DNA of 64,000 bases from Bacillota bacterium (GTDB taxonomy: Bacteria; Patescibacteriota; Patescibacteriia; Patescibacteriales; UBA12465), in NCBI GenBank assembly GCA_050259635.1, contig JBLNBA010000004.1:75005-139004 (forward strand), in the 5' to 3' direction. Position numbers and translations under genes: made by a program. The notes below the pieces were generated by a model that saw nothing but the letters and a program-made list of their open reading frames with translations, had not been told where the DNA came from and did not search any database. This document shows positions 36,090 to 45,400 of the stretch, one piece after another (positions within the stretch are counted from its first letter, which is position 1; every line of letters begins with the position of its first letter).

Positions 36090-37355
36090 ATGAAGAAGAA
36101 AACCATATTTGCGCTAACCTTAGCGATACTGAGTATCGGATTTGCCTCCTTTACCCTGGGTAAAACCAAGTCTTATTACTCCGGGGACGCCATTGCTTTT
36201 GATGGCCGCCTTTATGTTGCTACGGCCAATACCGGCAGTTTGGAGGTTTTCCAGCTGAACGGCTCCTCCTTGAATCGGATAGCCAAGGTTAAGGCTAGAG
36301 ATGAGCGCTTCAATACAGAACAGGCATATTCAGATGCCCTGCTCCGGGTTGAAGACGGATCATTGGTCGTATATGCTACGTCCGGACGCAAAATTGATCG
36401 CTATTCAGTTAACGGCTCGAGCATTTCATTAGACGACTCGATTGTTAATACCTATTGGGAGTGGTATAACCAGCTCGATGAAATTGATGGTAAATTAATT
36501 ACCTTGAGCGAGCGCGGAATCAAGGTTTGGAACGAAGACATGCAGATTATCGATGAGCATGCTTATACCAATGTTGTAACCCCATACAATCTGCAGGGCG
36601 CTGGCAAGAAGGTGTATAATATCCAGGATGGAAGCCTTAGGGTGTATGACCTTGCGACTCGCCAGGTGCAGCTTACTATCCCGCTTAACTATCGGATAGA
36701 CCCTTCGGCGCATAAATCATACATCGATGCCAATGGAAATATTTTTGCAGTTGATGATTATTACGCCAAGAAGTTCTCTCCGAACGGCAAGCTCTTAGCG
36801 AGCTTCCGCCACCTAGACCATGAGGGTTATGATCTCTCCGCTTCAGGCCACAGCGGCTTCGTATATTTCAGCGATGGCGTCGGAGTGGTAAAGCTAGATG
36901 CCGATACCATGGAGGCTGTAGACTGGGAGTGGACCGGAGGTATCAGCGGTTCCCAAGGATGGGCAATGGGCTTGAAGGTGGTTAATCTCGATGGGGATAA
37001 GCTCGTGTTATTCAACAACAGCAATATATCTGTATTGGACTCTTCTTTGAAAAAAATCGCGTCATTCAGGGCGGATGAAGAAGAAGAGCCGGCTCCTAAG
37101 GATAGCCTTTATCTCAATGTGGACAAGAATCGAGGGGCGGTAAATAGCGAAGTTCTGGTAACTGGAGGGGGGTTTGTCCCTGACGAACCACTTGAACTCA
37201 CACTTGGTAGCAAGAAGCTGAACTTGGTCGCTGATTATCGCGGACGCTTTTCACAGAAAGTGACGGTTCCCGGTGAGCGGCCGGGCGGCTACGATATTAA
37301 GCTAGTTGGCCAGAAGTCCAAGCTTTCATATAGCATTGCCTTCTACATTGAATAA
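36090..37355 (+). CDS. secreted repeat (beta-propeller-like) protein with a C-terminal Ig-like domain; paralog A
   Basis: 421 aa with a signal/anchor sequence. It is collinear with ORF 42162..43445, sharing 'GDAI', 'DDYY.K.F...G.LL', 'GGGF.P.EPL', 'GRF' and 'DIK..G.KS..YSI'. Confidence 0.7.
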   Translation: MKKKTIFALTLAILSIGFASFTLGKTKSYYSGDAIAFDGRLYVATANTGSLEVFQLNGSSLNRIAKVKARDERFNTEQAYSDALLRVEDGSLVVYATSGRKIDRYSVNGSSISLDDSIVNTYWEWYNQLDEIDGKLITLSERGIKVWNEDMQIIDEHAYTNVVTPYNLQGAGKKVYNIQDGSLRVYDLATRQVQLTIPLNYRIDPSAHKSYIDANGNIFAVDDYYAKKFSPNGKLLASFRHLDHEGYDLSASGHSGFVYFSDGVGVVKLDADTMEAVDWEWTGGISGSQGWAMGLKVVNLDGDKLVLFNNSNISVLDSSLKKIASFRADEEEEPAPKDSLYLNVDKNRGAVNSEVLVTGGGFVPDEPLELTLGSKKLNLVADYRGRFSQKVTVPGERPGGYDIKLVGQKSKLSYSIAFYIE

Positions 37356-37379
37356 ATAATGTGAATTAAATATAGTTAA

Positions 37380-37407
37380 GAAAACAGCGCCCTAAGCGCT
37401 GTTTTTT
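37380..37407. terminator. bidirectional terminator overlapping the last codons of the minus-strand GT4 gene
   Basis: Sequence 'gaaaacagcgccctaagcgctgtttttt'. Confidence 0.8.
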
Positions 37408-38618
37408 GTTTGGATCAATACATTATAGAGCTCAAGCATCAGCTTGGTGTTATCTTCCGGCAGGTATTTACAGGATGAAGCAATTATTGACTCGCGGTTA
37501 AAGCTGATGTCGCCGTCTTGCACCTTTTGGATGACGGAAGCGAGAGCTGCCGAGTCGGCCGGAGGAACCAACACTCCATTTGCTTCGGAGACGATTTCTG
37601 GCAAGCCTCCGATATCCGAGGCAATCACTGGAGTTCCTAGAGACAAGGCCTCGAGCGCGGATAAAGGAAAGTTCTCGTACCAGATCGAGGGGATAATAAC
37701 CGCTTTGGCTCCGCATATCAAAGCCCTGACCCCATCTTTGTCCTGCTGGCCGACGAAGTCAATTCTGCCACTTAGATTATGCTTGTCGGTGAGTGCTTTA
37801 AGGTCCTCTATCATTTCTCCTTCGCCTGCTATAATCAGTTTTGTATTCTGGGTGAGGGACATGGCCTTTATCGCAGTATCTATTCCCTTTTCCGGGCTGA
37901 GCCTTCCGAAGATGAGGAAATATCGTCTATCTGTCGTTTCCCTTTGGTCGGTTTGCGGGTGAAAAGAATTATTGATGACATTGATGGCTTCAGGTCTCCA
38001 TCCCCCCGAAACCAAGATATCTTTCATGAAGCGGCTGGGGGCGATCACTCTATCGAGATGCTTGCGATAGACATCCATCATATTGTGATGGACATGCATT
38101 TCTACCGCGGCCAGCAGGCTGCCCGGCAAAGAATCTTTTACGCATCGATGGATGGCGCAATTCTGGAATTTCCCAGGTATGCAGCGGCGGCAAGGCTGTC
38201 CGTCCATGAACAAGCTGTGGTTCGGGCAGACCAGCTTATAGTCATGCGCATGCATCAGCATGGGAATTCCCCGTCTTGAAGCCTCCAGGATTACGGAAGG
38301 AGATAGATGATGATAGATGTTGTGAAAATGGATGATATCCGGCCGGAATTCATCTAAGAGCCGGGAGAAACGCTTTTTAGCTTCAAGGCTGTATAGGGTC
38401 CGGCCCGGAATCTTATAGGCGTATTTACCAGGCTTCTCATTGAAGCTTACCCGGCTGACAAAATATTTCGACCAGGGAGTGGGAAGATTTAGGGGGTGTT
38501 GCATCGAAAAATAGGCGATTTCATGCCCGGCAGCTTCCAGGCGCTCGCCCAGATCTAAATAGAAGATATCCGCTCCTCCGCGCGGGTAGTGGTATTTATT
38601 TACTTGTAGTATCCTCAT
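37392..38618 (-). CDS. glycosyltransferase family 4
   Basis: 408 aa with 'YHYPRGGADIF' and the EX7E region 'YENFPLSALEALSLGTPVIASDIGGLPE'. Confidence 0.85.
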   Translation of the reverse strand: MRILQVNKYHYPRGGADIFYLDLGERLEAAGHEIAYFSMQHPLNLPTPWSKYFVSRVSFNEKPGKYAYKIPGRTLYSLEAKKRFSRLLDEFRPDIIHFHNIYHHLSPSVILEASRRGIPMLMHAHDYKLVCPNHSLFMDGQPCRRCIPGKFQNCAIHRCVKDSLPGSLLAAVEMHVHHNMMDVYRKHLDRVIAPSRFMKDILVSGGWRPEAINVINNSFHPQTDQRETTDRRYFLIFGRLSPEKGIDTAIKAMSLTQNTKLIIAGEGEMIEDLKALTDKHNLSGRIDFVGQQDKDGVRALICGAKAVIIPSIWYENFPLSALEALSLGTPVIASDIGGLPEIVSEANGVLVPPADSAALASVIQKVQDGDISFNRESIIASSCKYLPEDNTKLMLELYNVLIQTKNSA

Positions 38619-39678
38619 AGAGTTTCTCGTAGAGTTTCAGATATTCCCTTCCGACAGATTTCATTGAGTAATGATCTTCGATTTGTTTTCTGAGCGCTGC
38701 TGTTTTAGTAGCGAGACGTCCGGCCTGGAGATCTGTCAGAGCTCTCTTGATAGCCGATCTGAGACTTTCTTTGTCTTCCGGTATGGCTGGGTATCCGGTT
38801 TGGTCGTTTACAAACTCTGCCAAGCCTCCGACCTGGCTAGCGACGATGCCCGCACCGCTTGCGCCGGCCTCTAGGGCGGCAATTCCTAAACCTTCCCATC
38901 TGGAGGGCATGGTAAATAGGTCTAAACTGCTAAGAAAGCTCTCAGGTTGAGCGATGTCGCCCATGAATTCTATCTTCCCTTCCTTGATTTCTGCCGTGGC
39001 GAGATCCTTGAGCATGGCTTCTTGCGGTCCGGTGCCCGCGATGAGGAGCTTGGCATCCGGCTTGAGACTTTGCCAGGCCTTTATCAAGATATCAAAACCC
39101 TTCTGCTCATTAAGCCGGCCCATTGCCCCGATAATCGCTGGCTTACGGGGCGTTCTCTCGGAATATGGAAAACGGCTGAGGATGATACCGTTGGGGATGA
39201 TCAGCTGCTTTGATCGGGGGATGAGATAACGGCGTGTCATATCGCTAGCGACTGCTTTCGAGATGGCTACGATCTTATCTGCCAAGGTTGATGATAAGGC
39301 CTTGGCGGCACGCCGCATAAAGCCTTCGCCGATGTTAGTATTCTGTTCTGTCGAGACAATAATCTTAACCCCGGCCATCTTAGCTGCTATCCTGCCTCGG
39401 ATGTCGCCTCCAAGCTGGGTATGGACGATATCTGCCCGGAAGTTCTTTATCGATTTAGCGATAGCGAAGACATTGGCAATGTCTACCGTTCCTTTCTTAG
39501 TTAAGACCTCGACGGCCGCAAGCTCGCTTAACTGGCTCAAAAAGGCTCCGCCATCCTTGAATAAGATGACTTTGATCTCGGCCTCATCTTTGATTTCACT
39601 GATTAAGTCGAGAAGGAAGCGCTCGGCTCCACCTCTGGCCATCGAAGGCATAACGTACGCAATTCTAAGCTTTGCCAT
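38596..39678 (-). CDS. glycosyltransferase family 4
   Basis: 360 aa with 'MARGGAERF' and 'WEGLGIAALEAGASGAGIVASQVGGLAE'. It overlaps the downstream GT4 gene by 23 nt. Confidence 0.85.
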   Translation of the reverse strand: MAKLRIAYVMPSMARGGAERFLLDLISEIKDEAEIKVILFKDGGAFLSQLSELAAVEVLTKKGTVDIANVFAIAKSIKNFRADIVHTQLGGDIRGRIAAKMAGVKIIVSTEQNTNIGEGFMRRAAKALSSTLADKIVAISKAVASDMTRRYLIPRSKQLIIPNGIILSRFPYSERTPRKPAIIGAMGRLNEQKGFDILIKAWQSLKPDAKLLIAGTGPQEAMLKDLATAEIKEGKIEFMGDIAQPESFLSSLDLFTMPSRWEGLGIAALEAGASGAGIVASQVGGLAEFVNDQTGYPAIPEDKESLRSAIKRALTDLQAGRLATKTAALRKQIEDHYSMKSVGREYLKLYEKLYEDTTSK

Positions 39679-40891
39679 ATCGTTTTTCAGCTAAATAGGT
39701 GGCAATCAAGGCGATTGCAATCGGGAGCCAGGTCTTCCCTTTATAATAGGAAGTATTGAATATCTGAAAAATCATGACGCCGAGAGCGCTGGTCCAGAGC
39801 GGTAGTAGCCATGGTGCCTTATAACCAAAATTTTCAATTGCTAGATATGCCTTACGGGCGATAGCGGCCAAAAGGAACAGCCAAGCCAATAAGCCGGTTA
39901 CCCCCCCTTCTAACAATATTTTCTGTAGGAAGCCATGAGAATCTATAGGGTCCCCGTATTTAGCGGTAAAGCGTATATTGCTGGCGACGAAATCGGTAAA
40001 TCTTCCGGCGCCGTTGCCGATAAGGGGGTGATCTTTCCAGGCTTGGTAAGCGATTTCGCTAAGGATGATCCTATTCTCGGTCGAGCTGATATTCTCTTCC
40101 TGTAATTTAGCCATGCGCAGGAAGACCGGGATCATCACAATCGTTATGCCCAATCCGATAAGCAAAATCAATCCTTCTTGGCGTTTTAGGCTATTGCGAT
40201 ATTTGATTAGCAGGTAGAAGACGGCTTGGATCGCGAGACTGATCCAGGCTGCCCGGGAAAAAGTAAGGACAGCGGCCGCGGTGATGAAGAGATAGACTAC
40301 GGTGCAGGCTCGGCGATAACGTTCATTTAATGATAGTTCCTTGATCGCCAGCCAGAAGTAAGAACCTACTACCAAGAATTCCGCAATCAGATTGTGGTTA
40401 GAGCCAAAGGGCTGAGTTCCCCAGAAGCTGATCGTTCCCACTCTAAAAAATTTGTCATTTATATCTTGACCAACTAAAGACAACCAACCAGAAATAGCAA
40501 CGATTAGTGACGATAAGCTTAAGCCGTAAATAGCTACCTTTAAACGCTTATGGTTATCGATGAGGTTGGCTGGTACAAGAACGTAGCAGATGTAGGCGAA
40601 TAGTATCCAACGAATGATGTAGTAGACACCGGAAAGCGGATCTGGATGATTTAGCAGAGAAAGAAAATTAGCGGCCAGGAAAGCCGCAAATGGGAAAAGC
40701 AAGGGTTGCCGAAGCACGGCTGACTTACCTGGCGAAAACAATACTTTAAACAACAAAGAAAGAATTCCTCCAAGCAAAACGAACAGAGCCACCGCTTCTG
40801 TGATGGTAATCTCAAAGCCGCTGATCACGAAGCTCAACCCGATTACGGGCACAGTAAAGGATAAGAGAAAAATGAGGCTATTCGCTAGCAT
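39665..40891 (-). CDS. O-antigen ligase/polymerase-like (Wzy_C family) polytopic membrane protein
   Basis: 408 aa with ten or more TM helices and the 'TFSRAAWISLAIQ' motif typical of the family. It overlaps the GT4 gene by 14 nt. Confidence 0.7.
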   Translation of the reverse strand: MLANSLIFLLSFTVPVIGLSFVISGFEITITEAVALFVLLGGILSLLFKVLFSPGKSAVLRQPLLFPFAAFLAANFLSLLNHPDPLSGVYYIIRWILFAYICYVLVPANLIDNHKRLKVAIYGLSLSSLIVAISGWLSLVGQDINDKFFRVGTISFWGTQPFGSNHNLIAEFLVVGSYFWLAIKELSLNERYRRACTVVYLFITAAAVLTFSRAAWISLAIQAVFYLLIKYRNSLKRQEGLILLIGLGITIVMIPVFLRMAKLQEENISSTENRIILSEIAYQAWKDHPLIGNGAGRFTDFVASNIRFTAKYGDPIDSHGFLQKILLEGGVTGLLAWLFLLAAIARKAYLAIENFGYKAPWLLPLWTSALGVMIFQIFNTSYYKGKTWLPIAIALIATYLAEKRYGKA

Positions 40892-40922
40892 ATACTTTAA
40901 TCATAGCTGAAATATCGGAAAT

Positions 40923-40948
40923 AAAAAAGGCCCCTGTTTGAGGCCTTT
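40923..40948 (-). terminator. terminator after the GHL gene
   Basis: The minus strand reads 'aaaggcctcaaacaggggcctttttt'. Confidence 0.7.
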
Positions 40949-40951
40949 GGA

Positions 40952-41977
40952 TTATGATGGCTTGTCCTTAAGGACAATTTTCCCGGTACGGGTCGAGGGA
41001 ATTACGATAACCGTTGCATTTTGGTAATCGCGGATGTATTCTTTGCCCTTTTTATAGGCTTTTCCCAGAGGCTTTCCGACATCATAACGTTGGTTGTTCG
41101 GCATCGACATGTTCTGGGTGACGGCTACGTATACATTATCGAGGAGCAAGCTGCTCGCCATGCCGAATTCGGCATCTTTCAAGTCGACTTGGAATATCGT
41201 ATATTTCCCGGCATCCGCGGCATTCTTCATGCTTTGGTGCCAGCCTCCGTCTAGCTTTCCTCCGATGTAATCGTTTGGAAAACGCTCGAACATGACACCG
41301 TCGTTCAAAGGAAAGAAATGCCTTTCTCCTTTATTGGTCACTAAGATCGAGCCAGGCTTCATCCCCTTCCTTACTTCCTTGAGGAAGCGGGTCATGCCTT
41401 CCTTCCACCAAGCATCTAAAGCGGCTTTTGGATCCGGAACTTTGTTATTATCCGCGTCGATCTTAGAATCCACCCAGGAAATCGTCGGAGTCCCGTTATC
41501 GACGAAATAGCCGTCGATTAGGGGGTCCTGAAGGACCTTTGCAGCGATCCAAGAGGAGTAATAGTCTATGTAATCTTTTCCGTCAACTTTGGGACATTTA
41601 GTAGTCAGGTTCATCATCTGCATTCCTTTCCAGAATACGGCTGGTTTGCCGTCTGAGCGTTTGAGCCTATATTCCTTAGGCAGCTTAGCCAAGAGCTCAT
41701 TAGCGATTGTGCGGTTATCCCGGGTTTTATCCCAGACCTCCATCGGATTGGAATAGATGAGGATTTTTACCTTCGGGTTGAGCTTTCTGATTTTTTCAAT
41801 GCTTTCCCGATTGTTCCACAGGTTTTCATAATCGATTATCAGGAGGTCGTCCTTCGAAAGTTGGGTTGCGCTCTGTTCGGACATTATTGGAGTCGTCCAA
41901 TATGTGCATGTTTTAAGCTGAGCCTGCAGGCTGGCTGTAACAAGGGTTAAGAATAGGGTAAAAAGGGTCGTTTTCAT
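40952..41977 (-). CDS. secreted GHL-type (glycoside-hydrolase-like TIM barrel) protein
   Basis: The start is taken at 'MKTTLFTLFLTLVTASLQAQ' (41977). It is similar to the N-terminal domain of ORF 18830 ('LLIIDYENLWNNRESIEKIRKLNPKVKILIY', 'DGYFVDN'). Confidence 0.6.
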   Translation of the reverse strand: MKTTLFTLFLTLVTASLQAQLKTCTYWTTPIMSEQSATQLSKDDLLIIDYENLWNNRESIEKIRKLNPKVKILIYSNPMEVWDKTRDNRTIANELLAKLPKEYRLKRSDGKPAVFWKGMQMMNLTTKCPKVDGKDYIDYYSSWIAAKVLQDPLIDGYFVDNGTPTISWVDSKIDADNNKVPDPKAALDAWWKEGMTRFLKEVRKGMKPGSILVTNKGERHFFPLNDGVMFERFPNDYIGGKLDGGWHQSMKNAADAGKYTIFQVDLKDAEFGMASSLLLDNVYVAVTQNMSMPNNQRYDVGKPLGKAYKKGKEYIRDYQNATVIVIPSTRTGKIVLKDKPS

Positions 41978-42101
41978 GTTTATCTTGGTTTTAAATGTGC
42001 GACTGCTTATCCTAACACAAATATTCATTTTTGGGAAGAGTCGTCGTGCTTCATCCATGGGTAGACGCTAAGTGTCTTGGTATATTATTCTATATTAACG
42101 A

Positions 42102-42130
42102 TTGACTTAGGGCGGTATTTCCTGTATAAT
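42102..42130 (+). promoter_or_regulatory. near-perfect consensus promoter for ORF 42162
   Basis: TTGACT (42102..42107), 17 nt, TATAAT (42125..42130). Confidence 0.6.
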
Positions 42131-42161
42131 ATAGGCCTGTTTTATTTAATATCTTAACTAT

Positions 42162-43445
42162 ATGGCGAAGTATCTTCTCGCAGTACTTGCGTTGTTATTA
42201 ATCTTTTTAGCGGGAATTTATCGGGCTCGAAGCCTTGATGTGGTTTATAAGGATGGCGATGCGATATACTACAAGAATCGCATAATCATCGCTTCGGCTG
42301 ATTCTGGTAACATCGAAATCTTCTCGCTTGGAGGTGAACGGGTTGATAGGCTGATGACCATATCCCACCCCTCAAGAAGCCCTCGTTCGAACGATAATTA
42401 TTCCGCGGTGAAGCTTGAGCAATCTGACAGTTCCCTTATCGCGTACGCTGTTTCTGGCGGCGCGATTTTTAAATATGATATTTCCAATCTATATGAACCC
42501 GTCTTGGAGAAGAAGGTGAAGAATAATCTAGGAGATGTGTATTATGACCTTTCTTCGGAAAATGGCCGCCTGATAACCTATGGAAGCAAGGGCATTAGCA
42601 TTTGGAATGGAGACCTTGAGGTCGTCGTGTCATATCCTCTCGTCACCTCAATCGGTACTGCAAGTGTCCTTAGTCCAGATATTGCCGTTGGCGTTGATCC
42701 TGAGCATACTTCCCTTCTGTTCTATAATCGAGGGACCAGAGATTCTATCTCTGTGCCGGTAAATTTCAAATCGCAGCCGGATAAGAGCTGGAATGCAGCT
42801 TACGATCCTATAGTCGGGTCCATCCTGATTATTGATGACTATTATATGAAGAATTTCGACGCGCAAGGAACTTTACTTGGCTCGCATATAAATCCAGGGG
42901 GAGCCTCCTATGGAGCGGCTGTAGACGGAGCCAGCTCGGCTGCATTTTTCACCAATGGAATGTCGATTCTTAAGTTGGACATCTCGAATATGGAGCTGCT
43001 TGGTTCAATGAATTCCACTCAAGCCGCTGGTCGCGGGTCTCGCCTGATGGGGATAAGGCTGGTCGAGACCGCCTTTGGTAAGCGCCTGGTAGTATTTGCC
43101 GGAGATAGCATCTCGATTCTGGATTCTGACCTAAATAGGATTGGGTATTCCGGAAACATAACGCATACGGAGGAGCTACTGCCCTCGGAAAGCCTATTCC
43201 TTAATTTATCGGATACAAGTGCCGTGGCTGGCCAGAGCGTATCTTTGGATGGGGGTGGCTTTTGGCCGCAGGAGCCACTCATAATATCAATCGGTGAAGA
43301 ACAGCTGTCCGAGTCTTCTGGAAAGAACGGAAGATTCCAGGCTGAGATTTCTATTCCAGAATTACCTCCTGGAATGCAGGATATAAAAGTTACCGGCGAG
43401 AAGTCTGAAATGACTTATAGCATTTCAATAAGGATTGAAGAATAA
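42162..43445 (+). CDS. secreted repeat (beta-propeller-like) protein with a C-terminal Ig-like domain; paralog B
   Basis: 427 aa with an N-terminal anchor. It is collinear over its full length with ORF 36090..37355, at low identity. Confidence 0.7.
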   Translation: MAKYLLAVLALLLIFLAGIYRARSLDVVYKDGDAIYYKNRIIIASADSGNIEIFSLGGERVDRLMTISHPSRSPRSNDNYSAVKLEQSDSSLIAYAVSGGAIFKYDISNLYEPVLEKKVKNNLGDVYYDLSSENGRLITYGSKGISIWNGDLEVVVSYPLVTSIGTASVLSPDIAVGVDPEHTSLLFYNRGTRDSISVPVNFKSQPDKSWNAAYDPIVGSILIIDDYYMKNFDAQGTLLGSHINPGGASYGAAVDGASSAAFFTNGMSILKLDISNMELLGSMNSTQAAGRGSRLMGIRLVETAFGKRLVVFAGDSISILDSDLNRIGYSGNITHTEELLPSESLFLNLSDTSAVAGQSVSLDGGGFWPQEPLIISIGEEQLSESSGKNGRFQAEISIPELPPGMQDIKVTGEKSEMTYSISIRIEE

Positions 43446-43454
43446 ATACTAAAC

Positions 43455-43480
43455 AAAAAAGAGCCGCTTAGCGGCTCTTT
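43455..43480. terminator. bidirectional terminator between paralog B (+) and DUF4012 (-)
   Basis: Sequence 'aaaaaagagccgcttagcggctcttt'. Confidence 0.85.
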
Positions 43481-43482
43481 GC

Positions 43483-45396
43483 TTAGTCCTTTGTTTGTAT
43501 GTTCAGGCTCTGGCTGGTATCGAGATTCGTCTGCCATCTAAAAGTTCTTCCTTCTGCTTTCCCTGAACTCGCCGTGCTAATGGTTTGCTTTAGGTCCAGG
43601 GCAATGTTTAGCGATGCAATCCGGCTGCCTGGTTGTCTCTGCACGAGCACTGAGTATCCTTTAGTATCAGAAAGGCTTTGTTTGAGGGTGTTTGGCAGCG
43701 CATAACGGATACTTAAGGAGCGGCTGCTTCCCGGTTCGATGCTCCAAAAGAAGCCGATAACATGTTTCCCTAAAGATACATCTTCGTAGCTTGAGACATC
43801 TGTTTCATCTTTTTTTAGTCCGTCGATGGCTATAAGTTCTGCTCCAGCGGGGACGAGGACGCGGGTATAGCTTCGGTAACGGGTGGTTCTCCAATCAAAA
43901 CCGCCAGTATGGGAATAATCTAGTTTCACAGTAGATTCAAGGCGGTACTTTTCTTCTAGGTGGTACGAAATCCTCTTTTCCATGACAGCGTCGCTCTTGA
44001 AGGCGGCAAGGTTGGCGTCCACTACCATGAGGTAGTCTGATGAGACTTGTTTCACTGCCCCGTCGGCGCCAAGAGAAGCGGCGGTAGTTTGCATGCCGGG
44101 TAAGCTGAAATACATCTGCAAATCTCCGCTTTTCATGGATGACTGCAAGGTGGAGGCTAGTTCCGAATAGCGGGATATGGGCAAGGCGGTTAGCTTGTCT
44201 CGGAGTATTGAAATAAGGTCATTTATGATCTCTTTCCTGTCCCAAGAGGAAATATCGTCATCCTTATAGGCCACTTCTACATTATATTGGAGAAGTGCCT
44301 GCATGTTTTCCGGTGAATATGTTTCCCCCCTCACGGTAATCGGCCCGGTAAGGCGTATAAGATCTGCCACGAATTCGGGCGTAATGGCGAACACGCCATC
44401 AAGCTCCGGCTCGTTTAGTCCTGCCGCCGATGCTTCTTTTCTATACATTTCCTTTATCAGCTTAGCGCTTTGCGGCCAATCCGGGGACCAATTCGCATCG
44501 CGAAGATACCATCCTTGGACCTTGAGGTAGTTGGCGAGAGGAAGCGGGGGCTGATATGCCACCTTCCCTATCGACGGCATATCAAGATGGTATACGTCGC
44601 TTGCATCCAACTTGGTTATTTCGCCGAAATTTTCTATGTCCGCACGCACAAAGCTTCCGAGGAATCCGCCGGTCGGACGGAGTTCATCGTTATTTTGCAG
44701 CATGATAAGATAGTGGGAAGGATTTGGGTAACCGCTGAAGGCTGGTAATAGACGGATAAGAGGAGTCCCCTTTTCCAGCAGATTCAGGGCTTTAGCAAGT
44801 TCTTTTTGCGCTGCAAGCAGACGGTTGTGCAATGGCCAGAGGACGCCGAAGCGGTTGATATTATTTAGTTCATAGGCAGCCAATGAGAGATTGGCTTTGA
44901 GCCCGTTTAATTCCGGTTCTAAGGCGATCAAGCTTTGGAGCATCGCTGCTTTCTTTTCTGCCGGCAAATCTTGGAAATTTCCCTCGGAGAAAGCACGTAA
45001 ATCCAATCCGCCGGCCAGGTTGGCGGCTTGCTGTCCACTGGCGCATGCAATTTCCCCGGCACGGACCAGCCTTCCCAAATCATTTAAGGCAGAAATTCCC
45101 AGACCCATCTTAGCCGGAAGCCAGGTCGACCTAAGAGAGGCAAGCGATGATTCCGCCCCGGAAAAGTTTTCCTTGCCGTTTTTAAAAGAGGAGGCGGCGT
45201 CTTGCCAATACTTGCTCTTGGCCGCATCCAAGCCTGTCTCAAGGGCGCTCTTGCCATTTAAAGCTTCCTTAGAAAACTGGCGCCAAGTCGGCAGAGAGAT
45301 GAGTAAACTGGCGATTAAAGCAAAAAAAATCACCGCAAAGGCGATTAGGATATAACGGGCGGTGGTTTTAAGCCTGTGTCCGATCTTGGCAGTCAT
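43483..45396 (-). CDS. DUF4012-like membrane-anchored extracellular protein
   Basis: 637 aa with an N-terminal TM helix. My recollection of the family signature matches 'MLQNNDELRPTGGFLGSF'. Confidence 0.6.
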   Translation of the reverse strand: MTAKIGHRLKTTARYILIAFAVIFFALIASLLISLPTWRQFSKEALNGKSALETGLDAAKSKYWQDAASSFKNGKENFSGAESSLASLRSTWLPAKMGLGISALNDLGRLVRAGEIACASGQQAANLAGGLDLRAFSEGNFQDLPAEKKAAMLQSLIALEPELNGLKANLSLAAYELNNINRFGVLWPLHNRLLAAQKELAKALNLLEKGTPLIRLLPAFSGYPNPSHYLIMLQNNDELRPTGGFLGSFVRADIENFGEITKLDASDVYHLDMPSIGKVAYQPPLPLANYLKVQGWYLRDANWSPDWPQSAKLIKEMYRKEASAAGLNEPELDGVFAITPEFVADLIRLTGPITVRGETYSPENMQALLQYNVEVAYKDDDISSWDRKEIINDLISILRDKLTALPISRYSELASTLQSSMKSGDLQMYFSLPGMQTTAASLGADGAVKQVSSDYLMVVDANLAAFKSDAVMEKRISYHLEEKYRLESTVKLDYSHTGGFDWRTTRYRSYTRVLVPAGAELIAIDGLKKDETDVSSYEDVSLGKHVIGFFWSIEPGSSRSLSIRYALPNTLKQSLSDTKGYSVLVQRQPGSRIASLNIALDLKQTISTASSGKAEGRTFRWQTNLDTSQSLNIQTKD

Positions 45397-45400
45397 AAAT

